From: Waterburya sp.
GTDB lineage: Bacteria; Cyanobacteriota; Cyanobacteriia; Cyanobacteriales; Xenococcaceae
Direction of reading: 5' to 3'
Assembly: GCA_965217895.1 (NCBI GenBank)
Contig: CBDCJV010000002.1
Location: 1,408,001-1,472,000, forward strand
Length of the DNA stretch: 64,000 bases
Shown: positions 43,367 through 52,747 of the stretch, piece by piece
Layout of the letters: every line of letters begins with the position of its first letter
Position numbering within the stretch: the first letter of the stretch is position 1
Position numbers and translations under genes: made by a program
Notes under the pieces: generated by a model
What the model was told of the DNA's origin: nothing
What the model saw: only the letters and a program-made list of their open reading frames with translations
Databases searched by the model: none

Positions 43367-43539
43367 GCGATCGCCGTAATTACTGGTTTAATAGCAGTAT
43401 GGCAAATAACTCAGCCTTCGCCTCAGCAACAGTCCACTCAAAAGCAAAGTGCGATCGATTAACTAAATGATGTTTTCTCAATTACAATCACAATTGACGA
43501 TCGCTCAGGTAGAACAGCCTCAACGATCGCAGCAAGATT
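43367..43539 (+). repeat. About 173-bp direct repeat, copy 2
   Basis: See 42031-42204. Confidence 0.92.
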
Positions 43540-43703
43540 CTCTGATTGATTATGGGGCGGAACATCTAATCGATTTTGGCGTTGTTTTGATTGTCTTCAC
43601 GCTCATAATCATTGTTGGCATGATTAGCAAGCAAACGGCAAAAGCACTGCTTTTTGCTTTGGCGTTGTCTACTTTTTTAATTATTATTCTGTGGAATATA
43701 TAG
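43467..43703 (+). CDS. Small 2-TM membrane protein
   Basis: Two hydrophobic segments; its 5' part is duplicated in repeat copy 1. Confidence 0.65.
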   Translation: MMFSQLQSQLTIAQVEQPQRSQQDSLIDYGAEHLIDFGVVLIVFTLIIIVGMISKQTAKALLFALALSTFLIIILWNI

Positions 43704-43774
43704 TTTTTTTATGACATAACTAAAGGGTGAGGAATTTTTTAACAAGTTAAGTATAGTCAGTCATAATCATCTAA

Positions 43775-45124
43775 ATGATTAGTCCAGAATATTATTTCAT
43801 CAGTGACCTTCACATTGGTGGTGAGGGAAATTTAACAGTTTGTGATTTTGAAACCGAATTGATTGATTTTTTGCAGCTTTTAGAAGGCAAAACCAATTCT
43901 ACCGAGTTAATTATCGTCGGTGATGCCTTTAGCTTTTGGGAGATGACGCGCACTTCACCCACAGAAAAATTAGAAATTATTATTGAGCAGCATCCGAGAT
44001 TGTTCGAGCAGTTTAAACGCACAGGTGAAAGCATCAAAATTACTCTGCTGCCAGGAAATCATGACTACGAACTCGCCTGTCATGCTGAATTTAAACAAAC
44101 GCTTCAAGCGTACAACATCAATTTAGAAGCCAAAGAAGCTATTACTCGCCAGATACAGGGAAAAACCATCTGGCTCGAACATGGCAATCAGCACGATAGC
44201 TTTAATCGAATTGCTGATTTCGGCAATCCTTATGTTACACCTATTGGTTACTATATTGTCAGTCAAATTGTCGATGGGTTAGTAGAAAGGTCACGTCTCG
44301 GTAAATATCGCTGGCTCAAAGATATTGAATCAGTATATCCCAATGAGCAAATTCCCTACTGGTTTTTTTCTAACTATTTTTACAAAGAAATGAGCCTTTG
44401 GTTGCGCTGGATTTTGTTACCTTTTTTGCTATTGCTCAGCGTCAGTGCTTTTATATTAATTAGTGCTGTCTTAGAACGAGCAGGAATTGTTAGCAGTGGC
44501 TTCTTTTCCAAACCCTGGCTAGCATTTTTGCACAATTTTGGGTTTGCAGGCAAAGCTTTGGATTTTACAGTAAACCTAGTTTTATTTATCGATACGCTAT
44601 TTCTAGGAAGCTTAATTTTAGTATTAATTCCTTTATTATTTGTGTTTAGAGATATTAAAAAAACTTTGCGTCGATATGGCTATAAAGGTAAAAAAGGTTT
44701 AAAGATTCACAAACAAAGTTACTATCTTCAAGCTGCACAGCAGGTTTTTGAAAAAGACAAAAATGTTTTTGCTTTTGTCTACGGACATACTCACCAACCT
44801 TCGTTAACTAAGATAGACGATAAAGACCCTGATTCAGGCGATCGCTATGTCCTCAATACTGGTAGCTGGCTCAAAAAACTAAAGCGAATTTCTTCTATTT
44901 TTCGTTTTCTGCCAGCAGTTTACTATCCTTCTTTTCAACTGAATTATTTTAAGATTTTTGTTAACAATAACCAAATTGAAATTCTTTATGAGTGCATACC
45001 CAAACAGGTTGAGTCTGGTTTAACGCCTTTGGAAAAGCTAGCAATAATCGGTCGAAAAAAACAAAAACCAATTTCAATTGCGCCAAGAACTATTATTCAA
45101 CAGTCTGAACGCAGCAAAATTTAG
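43775..45124 (+). CDS. Metallophosphoesterase with inserted TM segments
   Basis: ISDLH, VGD, GNHD, EHG, GHTH, NTGSW. Confidence 0.9.
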   Translation: MISPEYYFISDLHIGGEGNLTVCDFETELIDFLQLLEGKTNSTELIIVGDAFSFWEMTRTSPTEKLEIIIEQHPRLFEQFKRTGESIKITLLPGNHDYELACHAEFKQTLQAYNINLEAKEAITRQIQGKTIWLEHGNQHDSFNRIADFGNPYVTPIGYYIVSQIVDGLVERSRLGKYRWLKDIESVYPNEQIPYWFFSNYFYKEMSLWLRWILLPFLLLLSVSAFILISAVLERAGIVSSGFFSKPWLAFLHNFGFAGKALDFTVNLVLFIDTLFLGSLILVLIPLLFVFRDIKKTLRRYGYKGKKGLKIHKQSYYLQAAQQVFEKDKNVFAFVYGHTHQPSLTKIDDKDPDSGDRYVLNTGSWLKKLKRISSIFRFLPAVYYPSFQLNYFKIFVNNNQIEILYECIPKQVESGLTPLEKLAIIGRKKQKPISIAPRTIIQQSERSKI

Positions 45125-45145
45125 CTCATCTTAAAATTTAAAAAT

Positions 45146-46159
45146 TCAAATAGAAGGAATGTTAATCTTTAATTTTAGTGCAGGATTGTTTTCCCAGCGA
45201 TCGGCTACGTGGGCGTAAATACAGGTAGTTCGGGGATCGCTATGTCCTAATAAATCCTGTACTTGGCGCAGTTCTGCTCCCGATCGCAGTGCTAATGTAC
45301 CAGCCGTATGTCTGAGGCTATGGGCAGAAACCGTTCTCCCAGGAGTATGCTTAAGACAAGCTTGCTCTAGATATTTATCAACTACTAATCTAATACCGCG
45401 ACGGGAGATCCTATTACCAATGGAATTTGTACCTGTGGCAATAAATAATGGTCTAGTAGGCTTTAACACTTCTCCTCTTACTTCTCGTTGATGCAGATAA
45501 TCAACCAAAAGATCGGCAATATCAGGCGTAAGCGGAACAACGCGAATGCTTCTTTTACCTTCTACTCTAATGCCCAGGTTTCCTCCCTGTCTAACCAAGC
45601 TGGCAATATCAGCACGGTGAAGTTCAACAGTGCGAGGTCCTTCTAAAGCCATAATTGCTAACATGGCTTTATCCCTAGCAGATTTTAGAGTGCCATCATT
45701 AGGAATAATACCTAAAAGGCTTTCTACTTCTGTTTGCTCTAAATAAGTAATTTTCTCGGCTGGATCGCGTTTTTCTCGTGGTGGTTTAACTCCCGTGGCA
45801 GGATTAAAAGAAATTAAGCCTTTTTCTACCCCAGCCTGATAAAAACGGCGCACTACGGCAAGCTTTAAAGCAATAGTGGCTGGTTTATATTCCCTTTGCT
45901 TAATCATCCAGTGACGATACTTTTTAATGTCGTCTTTTGTTACCATTACTGGATTTAACTGACGGCGATCGCACCAATTTAAAAACTGCTGTAGCTGCCG
46001 AGTGTATGTCTTAAGGGTATCTGTAGAGGCATCCCCCGCACTCACGTCTATATCCAAAAATTCAGCAAAAACTACTAAGAGGTTATTGGTGGTAACGAGG
46101 CTCAATTGGCTTGGATTAGTAGTAGCTAGCATTAGTTTGATGCGCCTAATTTGGCACAA
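45146..46159 (-). CDS. Tyrosine recombinase/integrase (XerC-like with N-terminal SAM-like domain)
   Basis: GPRTVE, EGK, HSLRH, LLGH, IYAH catalytic set intact; likely start 46132. Confidence 0.93.
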   Translation of the reverse strand: MCQIRRIKLMLATTNPSQLSLVTTNNLLVVFAEFLDIDVSAGDASTDTLKTYTRQLQQFLNWCDRRQLNPVMVTKDDIKKYRHWMIKQREYKPATIALKLAVVRRFYQAGVEKGLISFNPATGVKPPREKRDPAEKITYLEQTEVESLLGIIPNDGTLKSARDKAMLAIMALEGPRTVELHRADIASLVRQGGNLGIRVEGKRSIRVVPLTPDIADLLVDYLHQREVRGEVLKPTRPLFIATGTNSIGNRISRRGIRLVVDKYLEQACLKHTPGRTVSAHSLRHTAGTLALRSGAELRQVQDLLGHSDPRTTCIYAHVADRWENNPALKLKINIPSI

Positions 46160-46253
46160 TCATAACATAGCCATTTGATTTGGCTAGATATTGGGCATCA
46201 GCGTCCAAAAAATAAAGTAATGAACTCAAATCAACAAAAACAAGCTAAAAAGC

Positions 46254-46296
46254 TTACCATCGCTTTGGGTTTAAAGCCTCGCCGTGAACGGCGACT
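46254..46296 (+). mobile_element. Isolated IS200/IS605-type left end
   Basis: TTAC|catcgctttgggtttaaagcctcgccgtgaacggcga matches the layout of the 12390 and 43206 ends. Confidence 0.6.
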
Positions 46297-46336
46297 TGCT
46301 CGTAGTTATTAGATTTATTAGATTGCTGGTAAATTA

Positions 46337-47488
46337 TTAAACACCTACTTGAGCCAAAATACTTTGAGCTAGTTCTTTCAAGTATTTCTCTCTGGCTACC
46401 ATAGCTGGACTAGGTTCAAGCCCCAATGCGCCCAACATATCTCGCCAGCGATATGCCCAATCATGCTTAAGTAAAGAGTTAGCAACGTTAGTGCGACTAA
46501 TTCGCTCTAGTCTTTCAGGTTGAGCATCCAGTTCAGCAATTGTCTCAACCACGTCCGTACCCGAAAAATCCACTTTAATAATGGCATCTTCCCAATCAAA
46601 ATAATGAGGGAAAGCATCTCCTCCTGGCGGCATACCTATCATTACTGTTCCCGCTGCTGCACCTTCAAAAAAGCGGTAGCCGATTTCCTGAGTTCCTCCA
46701 GTTTCTGCTGCCTCATTAAACTTAGCGTAGTTAGTAATGTTATAACGGCTTCTTTGAAATAAACCAGCTAACAAAAGGCGATGTTCTCTAGGGTTGCCAA
46801 TTTCTAGCTTACCTTTGACAGTATCGTAATAATAGAAGAAATTGTCTTCTTCTGCTTTTTTGATCAAAGCGTCGTGGATAATAGGCGATCGCCTGCCTAC
46901 ATAAGATACGTCAATTGAACGTTGAGGAGGATCGGGATAGGGAGAAAATCTTAGAGTATCAACTGCTGGCGGGATATAAGTTACAGGAGGTTCAATTAAT
47001 TTGCTCAAGCCTTCAAGACACCGAGTTACTCCTAAAAACACATGATCGAAACTTGACCAAGGCTCTTTAAATAATCGCCAGTTTTGTAAATCAGGTTCCC
47101 ACATTTCAGCAATAAAACAGGCTGTGCGACGACATTTATCCTGCCATCCTTTGATAGATTCTAATAAGTGCATTTGCCAAGGATTATCTAGTATGGCAAA
47201 TAGTAAGTCGTATTCACGATCTAAAGTTAACTCTTCTGGAAAAGGGGCAACTTTAGCAGCGAAACTATTAGAAAAACCTGCATATTTTGCTGTACGGTAT
47301 ATTTTTCTGGCAAAGTCAGACTCCCCTTTGGGTTCATACAATTGAGCAGACTCTAAATCTTTTAGTAAATCTTCAAACTCATAGATACAGCAATTTGCTG
47401 CTTGAAATCGGTATCCGCGGACAGAAACAACTAGAATACGAGGTGATTCTAACTTATCTGTATTTACAGAAGAAGAACTAATTGACAT
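46337..47488 (-). CDS. Glycosyltransferase (CgeB/GT-B-like)
   Basis: DVSYVGRR; RFFEGAAAG; HDWAYRW. Confidence 0.8.
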   Translation of the reverse strand: MSISSSSVNTDKLESPRILVVSVRGYRFQAANCCIYEFEDLLKDLESAQLYEPKGESDFARKIYRTAKYAGFSNSFAAKVAPFPEELTLDREYDLLFAILDNPWQMHLLESIKGWQDKCRRTACFIAEMWEPDLQNWRLFKEPWSSFDHVFLGVTRCLEGLSKLIEPPVTYIPPAVDTLRFSPYPDPPQRSIDVSYVGRRSPIIHDALIKKAEEDNFFYYYDTVKGKLEIGNPREHRLLLAGLFQRSRYNITNYAKFNEAAETGGTQEIGYRFFEGAAAGTVMIGMPPGGDAFPHYFDWEDAIIKVDFSGTDVVETIAELDAQPERLERISRTNVANSLLKHDWAYRWRDMLGALGLEPSPAMVAREKYLKELAQSILAQVGV

Positions 47489-47724
47489 AGATAAATCTCA
47501 ATAGTAAATAATTAAAAATAAGGGAGATTGAAATCTAATTACGTTGCACATTACTAATTAATGCACCAAGCAATCTTTGGCTACTTAATCTAAATGAAGC
47601 CGTAGCACAATACCGTGATTTTTAGCTTGATTATGAATTAAGAATAAATAATTGACAATAATAATTTAGATCTATTTTAACCGAACTTTTCTTGATGTCA
47701 TTCTAGCAATTGACCACTACCGAA

Positions 47725-48873
47725 TTATTGAGCTAACTTTGTCAAACTAGCATTTTGATAATAGTGAGCCAGAATCCGATGATAATCAACTCCTTGTTTA
47801 GCTAAATAGTAAGCACCCCATTGACTTAAGCCTAATCCATGACCAAAACCGCGACCTCTAACTAGAAGATTATTTCCTTCGGCCGAGATTCTAAATAAAG
47901 TACTGCGAAGATCTAAGGCTGCACGCAAATCCTTACCACTTACATCTGTAGTACCGCGATCGCCCGTAACTTTCATGGTAATTATCCGACCATGAGGAGT
48001 CATTTTTTCGGGCTGTAAGCCTTTTATGTTGCCCACGCTAGCAACTAAAGTTTGAATTTTGCTTACAGGAACTGTTTCTTGCCATTGAAATACAGGAGAC
48101 TGCTGATCGTAATCTACTACTCCTCGAAGATAGGGTAAAGGAGAACTCCAAACGTCCTCCACGTTTTCGGTGTATCCGCCAGAAGAAGAATGAAAAGCGG
48201 CTAAAATAACCTTGTTGTGGTAAGTCATAATCTGACCATGAGTATCGTCAACTGCCTCATGGGTTGTCGTATATTCGGTATCTAAACCCTTATATACTTG
48301 AGTGCCAACGGTTGTGTCTAGATCGTAGATACTATTAGCCTCTGTATTGCGTTTATATAAAGCATAGGAACGAGCAGCAACCGCCTGAGCTTTTAAAGCT
48401 TCAATAGGCCAACTAGAAACCGCTTCTGCCCCTACTACACTATATAGATACTGTTCCAAATCAACGTAATTGATTGCGGTTAAGCTATCTCCCTGACGAA
48501 TTATATGAGTTCGTCCCCGATACCAGCGATCGCCAATCCAAACATAACCATTGTCTTGAGGTTCAATAATTAATTCCTCTCCATTGACGCGGTTATTAAT
48601 TGTGATCCCATTACCCTGTGGTTGAGCAGCCAAAGAAGACATCGGATTTAGCTGACCAATCTGTTTCCCTGTGCCATCTTTAACAATAGCCTCTGTAGAA
48701 CTGCCGACTTTAAGGCTATCAACTTCTTTTTGAACTGCTACTCTTAACTCCAATGCCTGAGCAGGTAAGACAAATAAAAGCCAAACCAGCCCAGAAAATA
48801 GCCAGAATTGTTGACGAGGGAAAAATACAGATTTAACAATAAAATTTATGGATTTTAGATTTTGCAATATCAT
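47725..48873 (-). CDS. SpoIID/LytB domain peptidoglycan hydrolase
   Basis: EALKAQAVAARSYA; GFGHGLGLSQWGA. Confidence 0.93.
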   Translation of the reverse strand: MILQNLKSINFIVKSVFFPRQQFWLFSGLVWLLFVLPAQALELRVAVQKEVDSLKVGSSTEAIVKDGTGKQIGQLNPMSSLAAQPQGNGITINNRVNGEELIIEPQDNGYVWIGDRWYRGRTHIIRQGDSLTAINYVDLEQYLYSVVGAEAVSSWPIEALKAQAVAARSYALYKRNTEANSIYDLDTTVGTQVYKGLDTEYTTTHEAVDDTHGQIMTYHNKVILAAFHSSSGGYTENVEDVWSSPLPYLRGVVDYDQQSPVFQWQETVPVSKIQTLVASVGNIKGLQPEKMTPHGRIITMKVTGDRGTTDVSGKDLRAALDLRSTLFRISAEGNNLLVRGRGFGHGLGLSQWGAYYLAKQGVDYHRILAHYYQNASLTKLAQ

Positions 48874-49430
48874 TCTCTCGATAGTTACTTTTTGATAAAA
48901 AGATTGCCTTCAATATATTGCTGTATTTTATAGACTATGACAATAAAGATTTCGACAAGATTTTTTAGATAGTGCTTTGTGGCAACTTTACAGCGAAGCC
49001 ATATTAACTTCTTTTAAGCTTCTTTTGGAAAACGTTGCTTTAGATCATTTTGACTCTTCTCAACTTAGCTTTAAGATGGGTAAGCCCCGATCTAATAACC
49101 CGTTTTCTAAAACTCAATCTAGTCTTTGTTAACTTTTATAGCAGGAAAAGCGATCGCAATATGGAGTTAGCTTTTTTTGCTAATGGTAATAATAAAGATC
49201 GTTAACTATTTTAAAACCAAAGTAATTTACCTGATATTCATCTCCGCTTCATCTGTAAATCATTGTGTTTATCAATTTACAGTCTTTAATCGATACAACT
49301 ATATTGGGTAAGTAATAGTATAAATGGCGACAAGTGTAGACGGTGATCAATTCTTTTTATCTAACCCGAACTACTTCGCTTAAATATTAAATAAATATTT
49401 TTGGTTTTATATATCAAAGCTTTCCCTAAT

Positions 49431-49807
49431 ATGAAAAATAGAGAGTTTTATAAACTTTTAAAAAAAATAAATTAAATACTAATTCTGGTTTTACTCTAAC
49501 TGAATTACTGGTTGGCTTATTTATGAGCATCTTTGTAATAGGTACATTGGGCTTTAGTTTAGTAACCGTGTTAAGCACTACTCAAAGTGAAGATTCTAAA
49601 GTAAAAGCCAGAACAGAAAACTCTCGCGCTTTGGATTCTATCTCTGATGAGGTTAGACAAGCTAAAACAGTTGCAACGAATCCTACTGGTGCTGGTAAGA
49701 CTTTCGATCTTACTACTGAAACTGTAGTTTTAGTACTAGATATTCCGAAAAGAAGATCGACTCAAAACATATACTCTCAAGGCAATGCTGAAACAATTAG
49801 GGATTAG
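49431..49807 (+). pseudogene. Prepilin-type N-terminal methylation protein, frameshifted and truncated
   Basis: NSG-FTLTELLVGLFMSIFVIG; upstream ATG 49431 out of frame across the A8 tract at 49460-49467. Confidence 0.78.
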
Positions 49808-49944
49808 AGAAGATGAGATCTGAAGATAATAATGCGAAAAATCGTTTTTTCCCTGCTGCTTTAACTTCAGATCTAGATGATGGTGGATATATTGCTAAGT
49901 CGGCTAAAGGTCAGACACTCTGTTAAAATCATGTCAAGATTATA

Positions 49945-50063
49945 GTCACAGATTACTTCGTCTAGCCCACGCTCATAAATACCTGGGGAAACCCCTGCAA
50001 GGGAATGCTTTTTGATATCGAACCCTTTAGGATGTCTTTTCGCGCTGCTGTGACTGTCGATCG
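49945..50063 (+). mobile_element. Expanded, diverged copy of the GTCA-bounded element
   Basis: GTCACAGATTACT...CTGCTGTGAC ends conserved; longer interior. Confidence 0.7.
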
Positions 50064-50190
50064 AGTTGAACAACCAGTTAAATCATCAATTGATTATTTA
50101 GTTGCATTTAATTACATCATCGAAGTTCTTAATAAAGCGTCGAACTTACAACACGATACAAACTCAGTAGGAAAATAAGTTTCCTCTATA

Positions 50191-50877
50191 TTGAACAATC
50201 CTCAAAACAATTGCATACTATCAGCATTACCAGAAAGAGAATATCAGCGTTTTAGTGATTGTCTTGAACCAGTTAAACTCACTTTAAATGAAATTTTGTT
50301 GCAACCCAATCAGCAAAGTGAATTATTATATTTCCCCACTCAAGGAATTGTATCTTTAGTTTCAGTAATAGACGGTAATTCAACCACAGAAATTGGGTTA
50401 ATGGGTCGAGAAGGAATAGTGGGAATAATACCATTCTTAGGCAAAGGAGTATCTCATAGCCAATCTATCGTTCAATCTCCAGGATGGGCAATGGGAGTTG
50501 AGGCAGACGCACTGCAAGCAGAATACGATCGCGGTGAAATGCTACAAAAACTACTGCTACGCTACACCTTGAAACTGTTCAATCAGGTAAGCCAATGTTC
50601 TGCCTGTAATAATCACCATACTGTCCAGCAGCGAACTGCTCGCTGGTTGTTGATGCTTGACGATCGCAGTGATCGAGAAACACTATTCATGACTCACCAA
50701 CTGCTTGCCAAGATGTTGGGAGTCAGACGTACTGGAGTTACCGAAGTCGCCAAGGAATTTCAGCGACAGGGAATTATTGACTACCACCGAGGAAAAATTA
50801 AAATTCTAGATCGCCAAGCATTAGAAACAGTTGCTTGTGAGTGCTATCAAGTTCTCAAAGATTGGTCTTCTATTTGA
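50191..50877 (+). CDS. Crp/Fnr family transcriptional regulator
   Basis: GREGIVG; RTARWLL; HTH LAKMLGVRRTGVT. Confidence 0.92.
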   Translation: MNNPQNNCILSALPEREYQRFSDCLEPVKLTLNEILLQPNQQSELLYFPTQGIVSLVSVIDGNSTTEIGLMGREGIVGIIPFLGKGVSHSQSIVQSPGWAMGVEADALQAEYDRGEMLQKLLLRYTLKLFNQVSQCSACNNHHTVQQRTARWLLMLDDRSDRETLFMTHQLLAKMLGVRRTGVTEVAKEFQRQGIIDYHRGKIKILDRQALETVACECYQVLKDWSSI

Positions 50878-50926
50878 GGCGTTGCTGATTTTAGATCGAT
50901 AACTATTAAAAATTATTGACTAATTG

Positions 50927-50969
50927 TGTCCGCTAGAGGACATAAATAATTTTGATTTATTAGTATTCT
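50927..50969 (+). promoter_or_regulatory. Candidate Crp-family operator plus -10 box
   Basis: TGTCCGCTAGAGGACA near-palindrome; 22 nt from the GTCC..GGAC core to TATTCT. Confidence 0.5.
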
Positions 50970-51078
50970 TAATATAGTGCAATTGATCTTAAGATCTCGT
51001 ATCAATAATCTCTAGGTTATTGAAGCTGAAATTTTGAGCAGTATTGTATTTAGATTTTAATAAATAAATATACTTAAA

Positions 51079-51801
51079 GTGTGTTTACACAATATACAAG
51101 ATAAACCAATCAATCGGCTTCTAGCTGCTTTGCCTCAAGAAGATTATCAACGCCTTCATCCTGATTTAGAATTTGTAGAGCTTCCTCAGCATCAAGTGCT
51201 TTTTCATGCTGGAGAACACTATCAATATGCTTACTTTCCTTCCCACTCGATTGTTTCTAGCGTTGCGATCATGGAAAATGGTTCTACCACAGAAATTGGA
51301 GTTATTGGTAATGAGGGCATGGTGGGATTGCCCATTGTCTTAGAAACTAGCTATACAAATTCTACTGCGATCGTTCAGGTGGGTGGCGATGGTTATCGAA
51401 TTACTGCCCAACGACTACAAAAAGAGTTAAACCGCCAAGGAGCTTTTAAAAAACTGCTAATGCGCTATATTCAAGCTCGAATAATTCAGCTTGGTCAAAC
51501 CGCTGCTTGTAATCGCTATCATAATCTCGAACAGCGATTTGCGCGTTGGTTGCTATCGGTACGAGACAGTATCCAAAAAGATGAATATCAGCTAACTCAA
51601 GAATTTATCTCGCAAATGTTAGGAGTGCGCCGTACTGGAGTTACCGAAGTAGCCAGCAAATTTCAAGAAGCAGGAATAATTCACTATAAACGTGGCTTGA
51701 TAAAGATTGACTCTAAAGAGAAGCTAGAGGCTGCTACCTGCGAATGTTATTGGCTGATTGCCAGAGAATATTCTCGGTTACTCGATTCACTCTCTCTCTA
51801 A
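51079..51801 (+). CDS. Crp/Fnr family transcriptional regulator (paralog)
   Basis: NRLLAALP; GNEGMVG; ISQMLGVRRTGVT. Confidence 0.93.
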   Translation: MCLHNIQDKPINRLLAALPQEDYQRLHPDLEFVELPQHQVLFHAGEHYQYAYFPSHSIVSSVAIMENGSTTEIGVIGNEGMVGLPIVLETSYTNSTAIVQVGGDGYRITAQRLQKELNRQGAFKKLLMRYIQARIIQLGQTAACNRYHNLEQRFARWLLSVRDSIQKDEYQLTQEFISQMLGVRRTGVTEVASKFQEAGIIHYKRGLIKIDSKEKLEAATCECYWLIAREYSRLLDSLSL

Positions 51802-51907
51802 CTTTAGGGTTAATCAGAATAGGCGATCGATCGCCTACTTATTATCTATCTTGACTAAAAATGACCAAACTATTAGAAATGGCGATCTCAAAACTACGGG
51901 AAGTGCG

Positions 51908-51934
51908 ATCGCTATGATATGTAAAGCGATCGCC
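51908..51934 (+). repeat. 27-bp HIP1-containing direct repeat (second copy 52508-52534)
   Basis: ATCGCTAT(G/A)ATATGTAAAGCGATCGCC, 600 bp apart, flanking hicAB. Confidence 0.85.
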
Positions 51935-52019
51935 TAAAATTAAGTCAAGAGAAATATAAGTTTTAAAATAGTAATTAAAAGAGATTAGAACCAAGAACAA
52001 TGGAAGCGATCGCTTTAAT

Positions 52020-52238
52020 CTAAGAAGACACGGCAAATTTTCTTACTTCAGGTAATGCTTCACCTTCTTCTAAAGCAGATTCAATTAATAACTCCAATAC
52101 CTCTTCCGCGTTTTTTAGTGCTTCGGCATAAGTATCGCCATGAGTATGGCAAAATTCGCCCCATTCTGGAAGACTAGCTATAAAACAATTATCTTCGTCC
52201 GACCATTGAATAATAACGGTGTAGTTTGGATTTTTCAT
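52020..52238 (-). CDS. hicB: HicB family antitoxin
   Basis: WSDED..LPE..HTHGDTYAEAL. Confidence 0.92.
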   Translation of the reverse strand: MKNPNYTVIIQWSDEDNCFIASLPEWGEFCHTHGDTYAEALKNAEEVLELLIESALEEGEALPEVRKFAVSS

Positions 52239-52244
52239 AAACTA

Positions 52245-52448
52245 TTACTTTATGTCTTTTAATCTTTTCAAAGCTTTCTCTACGTCTTTTTCTTGATACG
52301 GCTTCGCATCACTTCCATCTTTCCCAGATAACACTATTTTTCCCGATAATAAAAGATGCGACCATTTTGTATGACTTCCTTTCCCATTGCTTTCTTTAAA
52401 TCCTGCTTTACGCAATATGTTTTTTAATTCTCTAACTTTTTTGGGCAT
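52245..52448 (-). CDS. hicA: HicA family toxin
   Basis: LRKAGF..GKGSH..SGKDG.DAKPYQ. Confidence 0.92.
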   Translation of the reverse strand: MPKKVRELKNILRKAGFKESNGKGSHTKWSHLLLSGKIVLSGKDGSDAKPYQEKDVEKALKRLKDIK

Positions 52449-52747
52449 TTAGCAGATAGAACTTATTTTTTTATTTTAATAGCGCTCGGTCGGCTATGGG
52501 TCGCGTAATCGCTATAATATGTAAAGCGATCGCCACCACATATAATACTAAAAGTGGATTGGATTATAAATTCAATTGTTAGTTAAATATCTGCTTATCA
52601 ACGGTTTGTTCTAGCTCTGGGAATGAAAGTAAAAATATTTAAGATTTGACCTGTGCGCGAGATAATTATTTATAGTCTTAACCTTCACTTCGACTGCTAT
52701 ACCAATGATTTTATCTGTTGTGGAGTAGGAGTTATGGATAAATATTT

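Noticed and set aside
49873..50073. 66-aa minus-strand ORF
   Set aside because: Largely made of the expanded GTCA element; no protein motif
51842..52036. 64-aa minus-strand ORF after hicB
   Set aside because: Runs through a HIP1-rich repeat region with no recognisable motif
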